Sequence record: OV876900
Direction: 5' to 3' (one strand)
Length of the DNA: 64,000 nt
DNA from: Escherichia phage UGKSEcP2
Numbering within the stretch: the first letter of the stretch is position 1; every line of letters starts with the position of its first letter. The notes beneath the pieces were generated by a model, which was not told the origin of the DNA, did no database searches, and worked only from the letters and a program-made list of their open reading frames with translations. A program made the translations under genes and the position numbers. Below are positions 1 to 11,603 of this stretch, piece by piece.

Positions 1-1
1 G

Positions 2-904
2 GACTTCTTTGCTGACCGCGAATCTGTTGACGTTCAGTTGTTTATTGCGGGTTCTTGTGCCGGTGAATCTTTAGAAACAGCATCTACTGTCCAAAAACAC
101 GTCGTTTCAATTGGAGATGCTCGCCAAGATTGCTTAGTATTGTGCTCACCACCGCGTGAAACTGTTGTTGGAATTCCTGTAACTCGTGCTGTTGATAACT
201 TAGTCAATTGGAGAACCGCATCAGGTTCATACACTGATAATAACTTTAATATCAGTTCAACCTACGCAGCAATTGATGGTAACTACAAGTATCAGTATGA
301 CAAATATAATGATGTAAATCGTTGGGTTCCATTAGCAGCTGACATTGCTGGTTTATGCGCGAGAACTGATAACGTTTCTCAGACTTGGATGTCTCCAGCT
401 GGTTATAATCGTGGCCAGATTCTTAACGTTATTAAACTTGCTATTGAAACTCGCCAAGCTCAGCGCGACCGTTTATATCAAGAAGCTATCAACCCAGTAA
501 CTGGTACAGGTGGTGATGGTTACGTATTATATGGTGATAAAACAGCTACTTCTGTTCCTTCTCCATTTGATCGTATTAACGTTCGTCGTCTGTTTAATAT
601 GTTGAAAACGAATATCGGACGTAGTTCAAAATATCGTTTGTTCGAATTAAACAACGCGTTTACTCGTTCATCGTTCCGCACAGAAACTGCCCAATACTTA
701 CAGGGAATTAAAGCTCTCGGTGGAATTTATGAATATCGTGTAGTTTGCGATACAACAAATAACACTCCGTCAGTAATTGATAGAAATGAGTTTGTTGCAA
801 CATTCTACATTCAACCGGCTAGAAGCATTAACTACATTACCTTAAACTTCGTAGCAACTGCTACTGGTGCAGATTTCGATGAGTTAACTGGTCTTGCAGG
901 TTAA
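2..904 (+). CDS. 18: tail sheath protein gp18, C-terminal part (gene starts upstream of window)
   Basis: Open frame from window edge with no stop; track ORF 38..904 begins at a TTG inside this frame; followed by gp19 as in T4. Confidence 0.85.
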   Translation, partial: DFFADRESVDVQLFIAGSCAGESLETASTVQKHVVSIGDARQDCLVLCSPPRETVVGIPVTRAVDNLVNWRTASGSYTDNNFNISSTYAAIDGNYKYQYDKYNDVNRWVPLAADIAGLCARTDNVSQTWMSPAGYNRGQILNVIKLAIETRQAQRDRLYQEAINPVTGTGGDGYVLYGDKTATSVPSPFDRINVRRLFNMLKTNIGRSSKYRLFELNNAFTRSSFRTETAQYLQGIKALGGIYEYRVVCDTTNNTPSVIDRNEFVATFYIQPARSINYITLNFVATATGADFDELTGLAG

Positions 905-920
905 TACGGTGCATTCTAAA

Positions 921-938
921 GGCCTGTTTCGGCAGGCC
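921..938 (+). terminator. stem-loop after gene 18 (GGCCTG-loop-CAGGCC)
   Basis: 6-bp GC-rich inverted repeat. Confidence 0.5.
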
Positions 939-939
939 A

Positions 940-947
940 TATAAATA
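940..947 (+). promoter_or_regulatory. late promoter TATAAATA (gene 19, distal)
   Basis: Exact TATAAATA just after a stem-loop. Confidence 0.6.
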
Positions 948-998
948 CACTATATCCTTAATTCTTTAATTCTATATGCCCTAGGTTAAACATAGGGA

Positions 999-1006
999 TA
1001 TAAATA
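999..1006 (+). promoter_or_regulatory. late promoter TATAAATA (gene 19, proximal)
   Basis: Exact TATAAATA 15 nt before the gene 19 ATG. Confidence 0.65.
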
Positions 1007-1020
1007 CTACAGAGGCTAAT

Positions 1021-1512
1021 ATGTTTGTAGATGATGTAACACGAGCGTTTGAATCTGGTGATTTTGCTCGACCTAACTTATTCCAAGTAGAAATTTCTTA
1101 TCTTGGACAAAATTTTACGTTTCAATGTAAAGCCACTGCTTTACCAGCTGGTATTGTAGAAAAAATTCCAGTCGGTTTTATGAACCGTAAAATTAACGTA
1201 GCAGGCGATCGTACATTCGATGACTGGACTGTTACAGTAATGAACGATGAGGCACATGATGCTCGCCAGAAGTTTGTTGATTGGCAAAGCATTGCTGCTG
1301 GGCAAGGGAACGAAATTACTGGTGGAAAACCAGCAGAGTATAAAAAGAGTGCTGTTGTTCGCCAATATGCTCGTGACGCTAAAACTGTAACAAAAGAAGT
1401 TGAAATTAAAGGCCTGTGGCCTACTAACGTGGGTGAACTTCAATTAGATTGGGATTCAAACAATGAAATCCAAACCTTTGAAGTAACTCTCGCTCTCGAT
1501 TATTGGGAATAA
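1021..1512 (+). CDS. 19: tail tube protein gp19
   Basis: 163-aa ORF, ATG with upstream AGAGG; size and position match T4 gp19. Confidence 0.9.
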   Translation: MFVDDVTRAFESGDFARPNLFQVEISYLGQNFTFQCKATALPAGIVEKIPVGFMNRKINVAGDRTFDDWTVTVMNDEAHDARQKFVDWQSIAAGQGNEITGGKPAEYKKSAVVRQYARDAKTVTKEVEIKGLWPTNVGELQLDWDSNNEIQTFEVTLALDYWE

Positions 1513-1519
1513 AATGAAT

Positions 1520-1533
1520 GGGGAGAAATCCCC
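1520..1533 (+). other. short stem-loop after gene 19 (GGGGA-GAAA-TCCCC)
   Basis: Inverted repeat with GNRA-type loop, no T-run. Confidence 0.35.
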
Positions 1534-1544
1534 ATCCTGCTTAA

Positions 1545-3169
<1,625 letters not shown>

Positions 3170-3170
<1 letters not shown>

Positions 3171-3409
3171 TGGAAGGTTTAATTGAAGCTATTAAATCAA
3201 ACGACCTCGTAGCCGCTCGTAAATTATTTGCTGAAGCCATGGCTGCAAGAACGATTGATTTAATTAAAGAAGAAAAAATCGCTATCGCTCGTAATTTCTT
3301 AATCGAAGGTGAAGAACCTGAAGATGAAGATGACGAAGATAGCGATGATAAAGACGACAAAAAAGACAAAGACTCTGATGAAGATGACGAAGACGAGGAT
3401 GATGAATAA
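3170..3409 (+). CDS. 67: prohead core protein gp67 (acidic C-terminal tail)
   Basis: 79-aa ORF, TAATG overlap with gene 20 stop; D/E-rich C-terminus. Confidence 0.85.
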
Positions 3410-3834
3410 TGCTTCTGATCCCTGAAACTCATGAATTAGTTCTCGAGAATGTCGAAGCACTTATTCCTGAAGCACAGGGTCGCTTTGACGAATTGTCTTC
3501 TGCTTTAAATAAAGACGATATAAATACAATTGTCGAGAATATGCTTGATGATGAAACTGATTTAGCGGTTGCATTAGCTTCTATTAATGAAGATATGCCG
3601 CTAAATGAATTCATCGTTAAACATGTTTCTGCTCGTGGTGAAATTACACGTACCAAAGACCGCAAAACGCGTGAACGTAATGCATTTCAAACCACCGGGC
3701 TGTCTAAAGCAAAACGTAGACAAATTGCTCGCAAAGCTACCAAAACGAAGATTGCCAATCCAGCAGGTCAATCTCGTGCTCAGCGTAAGCGTAAAAAAGC
3801 TCTTAAACGCCGTAAAGCATTAGGATTAAGCTAA
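3409..3834 (+). CDS. 68: prohead core protein gp68
   Basis: 141-aa ORF, start overlaps gene 67 stop; basic C-terminus. Confidence 0.8.
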   Translation: MLLIPETHELVLENVEALIPEAQGRFDELSSALNKDDINTIVENMLDDETDLAVALASINEDMPLNEFIVKHVSARGEITRTKDRKTRERNAFQTTGLSKAKRRQIARKATKTKIANPAGQSRAQRKRKKALKRRKALGLS

Positions 3835-4472
3835 TGAATGAACCCCAATTACTAATTGAAACTTGGGGTCAACCTGGCGAAATTATTGATGGCGTGCCAA
3901 TGCTTGAATCTCATGATGGAAAAGACCTAGGTTTAAAACCCGGTTTATACATCGAAGGAATATTCATGCAAGCGGAAGTCGTCAATAGAAATAAACGTCT
4001 TTATCCAAAACGCATATTAGAAAAAGCGGTAAAAGACTATATCAATGAGCAAGTTTTAACTAAACAAGCTCTCGGAGAATTAAATCATCCTCCACGCGCT
4101 AATGTTGACCCGATGCAAGCCGCTATCATTATAGAAGATATGTGGTGGAAAGGAAATGACGTATACGGACGAGCTCGTGTTATTGAAGGTGACCATGGTC
4201 CTGGAGATAAATTAGCAGCTAATATTCGTGCCGGATGGATTCCAGGAGTTTCTTCTCGTGGATTAGGTTCATTGACTGACACAAATAAAGGTTATCGTAT
4301 CGTAAACGAAGGATTCAAATTAACTGTAGGTGTTGATGCAGTATGGGGTCCAAGTGCTCCAGATGCATGGGTAACTCCTAAGGAAATTACCGAATCACAG
4401 ACGGCGGAAGCCGATACAAGTGCCGATGACGCCTATATGGCTCTCGCAGAGGCCATGAAAAAAGCGTTATAA
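3834..4472 (+). CDS. 21: prohead core scaffold protein and protease gp21
   Basis: 212-aa ORF, same length as T4 gp21; position between 68 and 22. Confidence 0.9.
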   Translation: MNEPQLLIETWGQPGEIIDGVPMLESHDGKDLGLKPGLYIEGIFMQAEVVNRNKRLYPKRILEKAVKDYINEQVLTKQALGELNHPPRANVDPMQAAIIIEDMWWKGNDVYGRARVIEGDHGPGDKLAANIRAGWIPGVSSRGLGSLTDTNKGYRIVNEGFKLTVGVDAVWGPSAPDAWVTPKEITESQTAEADTSADDAYMALAEAMKKAL

Positions 4473-4475
4473 ATA
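4468..4475 (+). promoter_or_regulatory. late promoter TATAAATA (gene 22)
   Basis: Exact motif overlapping the gene 21 stop codon. Confidence 0.65.
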
Positions 4476-4502
4476 TTATTATCTAAACAACAGGACTACA
4501 AA

Positions 4503-5312
4503 ATGCTTAAAGAACAACTGATTGCTGAAGCGCAAAAAATTGATGCTTCCGTTGCTCTTGATAGTATTTTCGAATCAGTTAATATTTCTCCGGAAGCAAA
4601 AGAAACTTTCGGCACTGTATTCGAAGCTACCGTCAAGCAGCACGCCGTTAAATTAGCTGAATCTCATATCGCTAAAATTGCTGAAAAAGCAGAAGAAGAA
4701 GTAGAAAAAAATAAAGAAGAAGCCGAAGAAAAAGCTGAGAAGAAAATCGCTGAGCAAGCTTCTAAATTCATCGACCATCTTGCGAAAGAATGGCTCGCTG
4801 AAAATAAATTAGCAGTTGATAAAGGCATCAAAGCCGAACTGTTTGAATCCATGCTTGGTGGATTAAAAGAGCTCTTTGTTGAACACAACGTTGTTGTTCC
4901 AGAAGAATCAGTTGATGTTGTAGCTGAAATGGAAGAAGAGCTGCAAGAACATAAAGAAGAATCAGCTCGTCTGTTCGAAGAACTCAATAAGCGTGACGCA
5001 TATATCAATTATGTGCAGCGTGAAGTGGCATTGAGCGAAAGTACTAAAGATCTGACTGAGTCTCAAAAAGAAAAAGTCTCTGCTCTGGTCGAAGGTATGG
5101 ATTATTCAGATGCATTCTCAAGTAAATTGAGTGCCATCGTAGAAATGGTGAAGAAGTCTAATAAAGATGAAAGCACTATTACTGAGGGTATAAATACTCC
5201 TGATACTGAAGCAGCCGGACTGAATTTCGTCACTGAAGCTGTAGAAGATAAAACTGCACCTGGTGCAGAAGATATTGTAAGTGTATATGCGAAAGTCGCA
5301 TCTCGTTTCTAA
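4503..5312 (+). CDS. 22: prohead scaffold protein gp22
   Basis: 269-aa ORF, E/K-rich coiled-coil composition; late promoter upstream. Confidence 0.9.
   Translation: MLKEQLIAEAQKIDASVALDSIFESVNISPEAKETFGTVFEATVKQHAVKLAESHIAKIAEKAEEEVEKNKEEAEEKAEKKIAEQASKFIDHLAKEWLAENKLAVDKGIKAELFESMLGGLKELFVEHNVVVPEESVDVVAEMEEELQEHKEESARLFEELNKRDAYINYVQREVALSESTKDLTESQKEKVSALVEGMDYSDAFSSKLSAIVEMVKKSNKDESTITEGINTPDTEAAGLNFVTEAVEDKTAPGAEDIVSVYAKVASRF
5189..5196 (+). promoter_or_regulatory. late promoter TATAAATA (gene 23), inside 3' end of gene 22
   Basis: Exact motif ~135 nt upstream of the gene 23 ATG. Confidence 0.7.
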
Positions 5313-5330
5313 TTTTAAAGGTTAACACAA

Positions 5331-6896
5331 ATGACTATCAAAACTAAAGCTGAACTTTTGAACAAATGGAAGCCATTACTGGAAGGTGAAGGTTTACCGG
5401 AAATTGCTAATAGCAAACAAGCGATTATCGCTAAAATCTTTGAAAACCAGGAAAAAGATTTCCAGACAGCTCCAGAATACAAAGACGAAAAAATCGCTCA
5501 GGCGTTCGGTTCTTTCTTAACAGAAGCTGAAATCGGTGGTGACCACGGTTACAACGCTACTAACATCGCTGCTGGTCAGACTTCTGGCGCAGTAACTCAG
5601 ATTGGCCCAGCTGTTATGGGTATGGTACGTCGTGCTATTCCTAACCTGATTGCTTTCGATATTTGCGGTGTTCAGCCGATGAATAGCCCGACTGGCCAGG
5701 TATTCGCACTGCGTGCAGTATATGGTAAAGACCCAATCGCTGCTGATGCTAAAGAAGCATTCCACCCAATGTATGGTCCAGATGCAATGTTCTCTGGTCA
5801 GGGTGCTGCTAAGAAATTCACTGCTTTAACTGCTGGCGCTACTACTGTCAAAGGTGACATCTATACTTATTTCTTCCAGGAAACTGGTACTGTATATCTG
5901 CAGGCTTCCTCTGTAGTAACAATTAGTTCAAGTGCTGATGATGCAGCTAAATTAGATGCTGAAATTAAGAAACAAATGGAAGCTGGTGTACTGGTAGAAA
6001 TCGCTGAAGGTATGGCTACTTCTATCGCTGAACTTCAGGAAGGTTTCAACGGTTCTACCGATAACCCATGGAATGAAATGGGCTTCCGTATCGATAAACA
6101 AGTTATCGAAGCTAAATCTCGTCAGCTGAAAGCTGCTTACTCTATCGAATTAGCACAAGACCTCCGCGCTGTTCACGGTATGGATGCTGATGCTGAACTG
6201 TCTGGTATTCTGGCTACCGAAATCATGCTGGAAATCAACCGCGAAGTTGTTGATTGGATTAACTACTCAGCTCAGGTTGGTAAATCTGGTATGACCCTGA
6301 CTCCGGGTTCTAAAGCTGGTGTATTTGACTTCCAGGATCCGATTGATATTCGTGGTGCTCGCTGGGCGGGTGAATCCTTTAAAGCTCTGTTGTTCCAGAT
6401 TGACAAAGAAGCAGTTGAAATTGCTCGTCAGACCGGTCGTGGTGAAGGTAACTTCATTATCGCTTCCCGTAACGTAGTTAACGTTCTGGCTTCAGTTGAT
6501 ACTGGCATTTCTTATGCTGCACAGGGTCTGGCTACCGGCTTTAACACTGATACTACCAAGTCAGTATTTGCTGGTGTTCTGGGTGGTAAATACCGTGTAT
6601 ATATCGACCAGTATGCTAAACAGGATTATTTCACTGTAGGTTATAAAGGTCCGAACGAAATGGATGCTGGTATTTACTACGCTCCATATGTAGCTCTGAC
6701 TCCGCTGCGTGGTTCCGATCCGAAGAACTTCCAACCGGTAATGGGATTCAAAACTCGTTACGGTATCGGTATCAACCCATTTGCAGAATCCGCTGCTCAG
6801 GCTCCGGCTTCTCGCATCCAGAGCGGTATGCCTTCTATTCTGAATAGCCTTGGTAAAAACGCTTACTTCCGCCGTGTATATGTTAAAGGTATCTAA
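5331..6896 (+). CDS. 23: major capsid protein gp23
   Basis: 521-aa ORF; sequence recognised as T4-type gp23; strong codon bias typical of highly expressed gene. Confidence 0.97.
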   Translation: MTIKTKAELLNKWKPLLEGEGLPEIANSKQAIIAKIFENQEKDFQTAPEYKDEKIAQAFGSFLTEAEIGGDHGYNATNIAAGQTSGAVTQIGPAVMGMVRRAIPNLIAFDICGVQPMNSPTGQVFALRAVYGKDPIAADAKEAFHPMYGPDAMFSGQGAAKKFTALTAGATTVKGDIYTYFFQETGTVYLQASSVVTISSSADDAAKLDAEIKKQMEAGVLVEIAEGMATSIAELQEGFNGSTDNPWNEMGFRIDKQVIEAKSRQLKAAYSIELAQDLRAVHGMDADAELSGILATEIMLEINREVVDWINYSAQVGKSGMTLTPGSKAGVFDFQDPIDIRGARWAGESFKALLFQIDKEAVEIARQTGRGEGNFIIASRNVVNVLASVDTGISYAAQGLATGFNTDTTKSVFAGVLGGKYRVYIDQYAKQDYFTVGYKGPNEMDAGIYYAPYVALTPLRGSDPKNFQPVMGFKTRYGIGINPFAESAAQAPASRIQSGMPSILNSLGKNAYFRRVYVKGI

Positions 6897-6911
6897 TCTT
6901 TGACGATTTAA

Positions 6912-6927
6912 GGGACCTTCGGGTCCC
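6912..6927 (+). terminator. terminator after gene 23 (GGGACC-TTCG-GGTCCC + T-run)
   Basis: Perfect hairpin with UUCG tetraloop followed by TTT..TTTTT. Confidence 0.75.
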
Positions 6928-6944
6928 TTTAGTTGTTTTTATGG

Positions 6945-6952
6945 TATAAATA
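6945..6952 (+). promoter_or_regulatory. late promoter TATAAATA (gene 24)
   Basis: Exact motif between the gene 23 terminator and gene 24. Confidence 0.7.
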
Positions 6953-6979
6953 AATCATATAAACCAAAAGGAAAGCGCA

Positions 6980-8263
6980 ATGGCTAAAATCAACGAACTT
7001 CTGCGCGAATCAACCACAACGAATAGCAACTCAATCGGTCGCCCAAATCTCGTTGCTTTGACTCGCGCTACCACTAAATTAATATATTCTGACATTGTAG
7101 CAACGCAAAGAACTAATCAACCTGTTGCTGCTTTTTATGGTATCAAATACCTTAACCCGGATAACGAATTTACATTTAAAACTGGTGCTACTTACGCCGG
7201 CGAAGCTGGGTATGTAGACCGAGAACAAATCACAGAATTAACAGAAGAGTCTAAATTAACTCTCAATAAAGGCGATTTATTCAAATATAATAATATCGTT
7301 TATAAAGTATTAGAAGATACACCATTTGCTGATATTGAAGAAAGCGATTTAGAATTAGCTCTTCAGATTGCAATTGTTCTTTTAAAAGTTCGTCTATTTT
7401 CTGATGCTGCAGTAACAAGCAAATTTGAAAGCTCTAATAGTGAAATTGCGGATGCTAGATTCCAGATTAATAAATGGCAAACCGCAGTTAAATCTCGTAA
7501 ACTTAAAACTGGCATCACAGTCGAATTAGCACAAGATTTAGAAGCAAATGGATTCGATGCTCCTAATTTCTTGGAAGATTTGCTTGCAACTGAAATGGCG
7601 GATGAAATCAATAAAGATATTCTACAGTCTTTGATTACAGTATCAAAACGCTATAAAGTTACAGGAATTACTGATACTGGATTCATTGATTTGAGTTATG
7701 CATCTGCACCTGAAGCTGGTCGTTCATTATACCGAATGGTGTGTGAAATGGTTTCACATATCCAAAAAGAATCAACTTATACAGCAACGTTCTGTGTTGC
7801 TTCAGCTCGTGCCGCTGCGATTCTTGCTGCATCAGGTTGGTTAAAACATAAACCAGAAGATGACAAATATCTTTCACAAAATGCCTACGGGTTCTTAGCT
7901 AATGGTTTACCGCTTTATTGCGATACCAACAGTCCATTAGATTATGTAATCGTTGGCGTAGTAGAAAATATTGGTGAAAAAGAAATTGTTGGATCAATTT
8001 TCTATGCTCCGTATACAGAAGGTCTTGACTTAGATGACCCTGAACATGTAGGTGCATTTAAAGTTGTAGTTGATCCAGAAAGTTTGCAGCCATCTATCGG
8101 TTTATTAGTTAGATATGCTTTATCTGCAAATCCTTACACTGTAGCAAAAGATGAAAAAGAAGCAAGAGTAATTGATGGTGGAGACATGGATAAAATGGCG
8201 GGTCGTTCAGATTTGTCTGTTTTATTAGGTGTTAAGTTACCAAAAATTATCATTGATGAATAA
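6980..8263 (+). CDS. 24: capsid vertex protein gp24
   Basis: 427-aa ORF, gp23 paralogue (shared ELAQDL motif), late promoter upstream. Confidence 0.93.
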   Translation: MAKINELLRESTTTNSNSIGRPNLVALTRATTKLIYSDIVATQRTNQPVAAFYGIKYLNPDNEFTFKTGATYAGEAGYVDREQITELTEESKLTLNKGDLFKYNNIVYKVLEDTPFADIEESDLELALQIAIVLLKVRLFSDAAVTSKFESSNSEIADARFQINKWQTAVKSRKLKTGITVELAQDLEANGFDAPNFLEDLLATEMADEINKDILQSLITVSKRYKVTGITDTGFIDLSYASAPEAGRSLYRMVCEMVSHIQKESTYTATFCVASARAAAILAASGWLKHKPEDDKYLSQNAYGFLANGLPLYCDTNSPLDYVIVGVVENIGEKEIVGSIFYAPYTEGLDLDDPEHVGAFKVVVDPESLQPSIGLLVRYALSANPYTVAKDEKEARVIDGGDMDKMAGRSDLSVLLGVKLPKIIIDE

Positions 8264-8269
8264 AACAAA

Positions 8270-8285
8270 GGGACCGAAAGGTCCC
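8270..8285. terminator. bidirectional terminator between gene 24 (+) and rnlB (-)
   Basis: GGGACC-GAAA-GGTCCC flanked by A-run and T-run. Confidence 0.75.
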
Positions 8286-8292
8286 TTTTTAT

Positions 8293-9297
8293 TTAACTTA
8301 CCAATTCAATCCAAGCCGGACGAAGTACATCTTGTACCATTTTAACTAATTCCTTCTTAATCAAAGAAGGATTATCCGCTTGAGTTAGAGTAATACCTTC
8401 ACGAGAAGTTTCTTCCAAAATATCTTGAACAGTTAGTCCCATCACCTTTCCAAAATCTTTTGGACCAATTTCACCAATTTTAGAAATAACGTTATTTACT
8501 CGGTTCAGTGTAACGTAACAAGCTAAAATTCCAACCAATTTGTTATCAGCTTCTGACAGTTCAACTTTAGCTTTAATAGGCTTATCAGACTTTTTCTTTT
8601 CACTAAATTTAGAGTTCTTGTATTTGATAGCTACGCGATTGCCATTAGGCATCCAAGAAGGATAACAAGGTTTCAATACATATCCTTCAGCGGTAAATAC
8701 TTCGCCTTTTGCTTCAGCATTCCAAACGCATTTATTTGCATCAACTAATCCAGCATGGTCTACCGTAAAATTATAATCCTGGACGACAGAATCTAAATCA
8801 TTTGGCAATTTAATAAGCTCTTCAAATTTACCGCGACCTAAAAGTGGAGCCATTTTAAATTTAAATGTATTGCAGAATGATTCCATCATATAATCATCGA
8901 CATAAGTCACATCACCACTTTCTGTAGTAACAATAATGTCAAATACATAAAAATCTTTATCGCCATAATCGACATTCTTCTGAATGCCAGGTCCGGCGAA
9001 TTCACCGAAGACTTGATAAGATACAACTGCTGAAGTTTCCATAATATCTTGTACTGCTTTAATGGAATCAGAGTAATTCTTCAAAATAATTTCATACCCA
9101 AAGAAATCTTCAGCAGGAAGAATAAGACCAGTGCGTTTAGCACAAGTTACTTTATCACGCTCAATAATTAATGAGAAATTTGTGCCATGAATCTTTTCAC
9201 GAGCTACCCATTCGCCGCCAGTCAATCCTAAACTGTAAAGTTTTTCAATGAATTTAGAATTGTAATGATTTTCAAGACTGCTATACTTTTTAAACAT
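8293..9297 (-). CDS. rnlB: RNA ligase 2
   Basis: 334-aa ORF; N-terminal ligase motif region (KIHGTNFS) recognised as T4 Rnl2. Confidence 0.9.
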   Translation of the reverse strand: MFKKYSSLENHYNSKFIEKLYSLGLTGGEWVAREKIHGTNFSLIIERDKVTCAKRTGLILPAEDFFGYEIILKNYSDSIKAVQDIMETSAVVSYQVFGEFAGPGIQKNVDYGDKDFYVFDIIVTTESGDVTYVDDYMMESFCNTFKFKMAPLLGRGKFEELIKLPNDLDSVVQDYNFTVDHAGLVDANKCVWNAEAKGEVFTAEGYVLKPCYPSWMPNGNRVAIKYKNSKFSEKKKSDKPIKAKVELSEADNKLVGILACYVTLNRVNNVISKIGEIGPKDFGKVMGLTVQDILEETSREGITLTQADNPSLIKKELVKMVQDVLRPAWIELVS

Positions 9298-9306
9298 AAT
9301 TAATCC

Positions 9307-9585
9307 TCAAAATGTAATTTCTAACCAATCACCATCACGCTGATCACTATTGACTTTAAAACTAAATCCTTCTTTTCTCAGCCAATCACCAATTTCTTCA
9401 GTAATCAATTTATCGCGAGCAGTACAATAATAACTAAAATATGTTTTACCTTGTTCAGCTGCTTTATTAGCAAGTTCCGAAAAATCTTTAATAAAACACT
9501 CTAGCTTAAACTGTTTACTTTTAAGTGCTTTTTCGCGTAATCGATTAGCAAAAGATTCATTTTCATAAAGATCATACTGTTCCAT
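9307..9585 (-). CDS. hypothetical protein (rnlB-hoc interval)
   Basis: 92-aa ORF, ATG start, tightly packed with neighbours. Confidence 0.6.
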   Translation of the reverse strand: MEQYDLYENESFANRLREKALKSKQFKLECFIKDFSELANKAAEQGKTYFSYYCTARDKLITEEIGDWLRKEGFSFKVNSDQRDGDWLEITF

Positions 9586-9588
9586 TTT

Positions 9589-9786
9589 TCACCTTTTATT
9601 AATATGTCTTTTTCTATAGACAACTTTTTCTCGAGTTTCAAATTTATTCTTAGCAGTCATAGCTCGAGCCCATAATACAGCCACTTCTTTCGCCTGTAAG
9701 TTTAATTCACGAGCAATTTCAATGAATGACTTTCCAGACTCATGAAGAGTAAACACCACAACCTCAGTTCTCATAATCAATCTCAT
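9589..9786 (-). CDS. hypothetical small basic protein (rnlB-hoc interval)
   Basis: 65-aa ORF, ATG start. Confidence 0.55.
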   Translation of the reverse strand: MRLIMRTEVVVFTLHESGKSFIEIARELNLQAKEVAVLWARAMTAKNKFETREKVVYRKRHINKR

Positions 9787-9854
9787 GTTATCGAGTTGAT
9801 GCCATTATATACATCATTTTCTGAGTATGTTTTGTGTGCTTTCAAAATGAAGAA

Positions 9855-9870
9855 AGGGGCCGAAGCCCCT
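9855..9870 (-). terminator. terminator after hoc
   Basis: GGGGC-TTCG-GCCCC on minus strand followed by U-rich tract. Confidence 0.65.
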
Positions 9871-9881
9871 TATGATTATGA

Positions 9882-11594
9882 TTATGGATAGGTATAGATG
9901 ATACCAGTTTCTAAAGCAGTTTTATGAATGATGTATCCATTACGTGATTCTTGAACATCAACTTCTGGATAGTCTTTCATCATCTTCTGAAGAGTGTAAC
10001 GATGCAGGTAGTATTTACTGTCTGGATCTTCAGTTTTCCAATCTTTACCTTCTTCGGTCATTTTTTGGATTTCATCCATAACCCACCAACCGCACCAGAT
10101 ATAAGCTGAAGTACGATGTGGAAGAGGATGAACATAAGGCAATTCACCTTCTGGTTCCGGAGCAACTTTATCAGTTACCTGAACTTGGCCTGTTGCTTTA
10201 ACTGTTTTACTATCATAGTCGGTTGCTGTAACGACAGCAGTAACTTCAATAGTTTGACTTCCAATAGATGAGGTGTCAACGGTGTATACGTTAGTTGACC
10301 CTTCTACAGGAGAAGAATCTTTCTTCCATGAATAAGTAATTTGTGCTGCTTCAGGTGCTCCAGTAACATTAGCCGTAAATGTAGCCGAAGCATCTTGCTG
10401 AACGTTAATAGAAGGAGGAGTCAATGTAACCTGTGGATTCATTGTCTTCTTATTAACTGTCAATGATACTTCATTAGAAGTAACTTCCTTTTCATTGTAA
10501 TTTTCAGCCGTTACTTGGGCTACACACTTAACTGTTTTAGCTCCAACTGTGGTAGGAGTATAGTTAAATGTAGTAGTAGTTTCTCCATCGACCAGAGAAC
10601 CGTCAACATACCACTGATACGTAGCAGACGCTCCTGGTGGCTGTGAAGCCAAGGCAGCAGTAAATTGAACTGGGGTTCCAATTACCCCGGCAGCAGGATT
10701 AGCAGGAGTTACGGCTAACGTAGTTGTCTGTGTTTTCTTATTAACTGTTAATGATACTTCATTAGAAGTAACTGTTTTTGCGTCATAATCTGTTGCTGTT
10801 ACTTGCGCTACGCATTTAATTCTTTTTACTCCACTTGCAGTTGGAGTATAGCTAAATGTAGCAGAAGTCGCTTCACCAATTTGAGAATCATCTACATACC
10901 ACTGATACGTAGCAGATGCCCCATCAGGTTGAGAAGCTAAGGCAGCAGTAAATTCAACGGCTGTTCCAATCACTCCAGCTGGAGGACTATCAGGAGTTAC
11001 TGCCAAGGTAGTCGTCTGCGTCTTTTTATTAACAGTCAATGATACTTCATTAGAAGTAACGCTTAGTGCATCATAATCTGCCGCAGTTACTTGAGCTACA
11101 CACTTGATTTTTTTAACTCCGCTTGTGTCAGGAGTGTAATTGAATGTAGCGTCAGTTGCTTCGTCTACAGGAGAACCGTCAACGTGCCATTGATACGTAG
11201 CGTTTGCACCTGATGGCTGTGAAGCTAAGGCAGCGGTAAATTCAATTGGAGTTCCAATCACGCCAGCATCAGGGCTACCAGGAGTTACAGCTAAAGTAGT
11301 TGTTTGTGTCTTATTTTGAACTGTGATAGTTGTCGTAGTTTCTGCTGTTTCAGGTTCAGCTTCAGATTCTGGAACTGTATTTGTTGCAACTACTTTAATA
11401 GTCTTTTGACCTGCAGGTCCTTTTAGTACATAGCTAAAAGTTGCTTCAGCTCCATCCTGTGGAACATTATCTACACTCCAAGCATAGGTAATAGTTCCAC
11501 CTTCAGTTTGACCACTGGGTGTAGCAGTAAACTGCTTGGTTTCATCAATAACTCCTGTTGGGGTTTTAGGAGTTATATCAACTGTAAAAGTCAT
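9882..11594 (-). CDS. hoc: Hoc, highly immunogenic outer capsid protein, enlarged allele with five Ig-like domains
   Basis: 570-aa ORF; three tandem ~97-aa Ig-like repeats plus conserved C-terminal capsid-binding segment YVHPLPHRTSAYIWCGWW. Confidence 0.9.
   Translation of the reverse strand: MTFTVDITPKTPTGVIDETKQFTATPSGQTEGGTITYAWSVDNVPQDGAEATFSYVLKGPAGQKTIKVVATNTVPESEAEPETAETTTTITVQNKTQTTTLAVTPGSPDAGVIGTPIEFTAALASQPSGANATYQWHVDGSPVDEATDATFNYTPDTSGVKKIKCVAQVTAADYDALSVTSNEVSLTVNKKTQTTTLAVTPDSPPAGVIGTAVEFTAALASQPDGASATYQWYVDDSQIGEATSATFSYTPTASGVKRIKCVAQVTATDYDAKTVTSNEVSLTVNKKTQTTTLAVTPANPAAGVIGTPVQFTAALASQPPGASATYQWYVDGSLVDGETTTTFNYTPTTVGAKTVKCVAQVTAENYNEKEVTSNEVSLTVNKKTMNPQVTLTPPSINVQQDASATFTANVTGAPEAAQITYSWKKDSSPVEGSTNVYTVDTSSIGSQTIEVTAVVTATDYDSKTVKATGQVQVTDKVAPEPEGELPYVHPLPHRTSAYIWCGWWVMDEIQKMTEEGKDWKTEDPDSKYYLHRYTLQKMMKDYPEVDVQESRNGYIIHKTALETGIIYTYP
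10440..11312 (-). repeat. three tandem ~291-bp coding repeats inside hoc (Ig-like domain modules)
   Basis: Recurring blocks such as TTAACTGTCAATGATACTTCATTAGAAGTAAC near 10447, 10737 and 11027; repeat peptides ~80% identical. Confidence 0.8.
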
Positions 11595-11603
11595 AAGTTA
11601 TCC

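Noticed and set aside
4664-5008. 114-aa minus-strand Ser-rich ORF
   Set aside because: Lies entirely antisense within gene 22 (E/K-rich coding sequence); compositional artefact.
10440-11312. Tandem ~291-bp repeats considered as a possible CRISPR or satellite array
   Set aside because: Repeats are in-frame protein-coding Ig-domain modules of hoc, with no short direct repeats or spacers.
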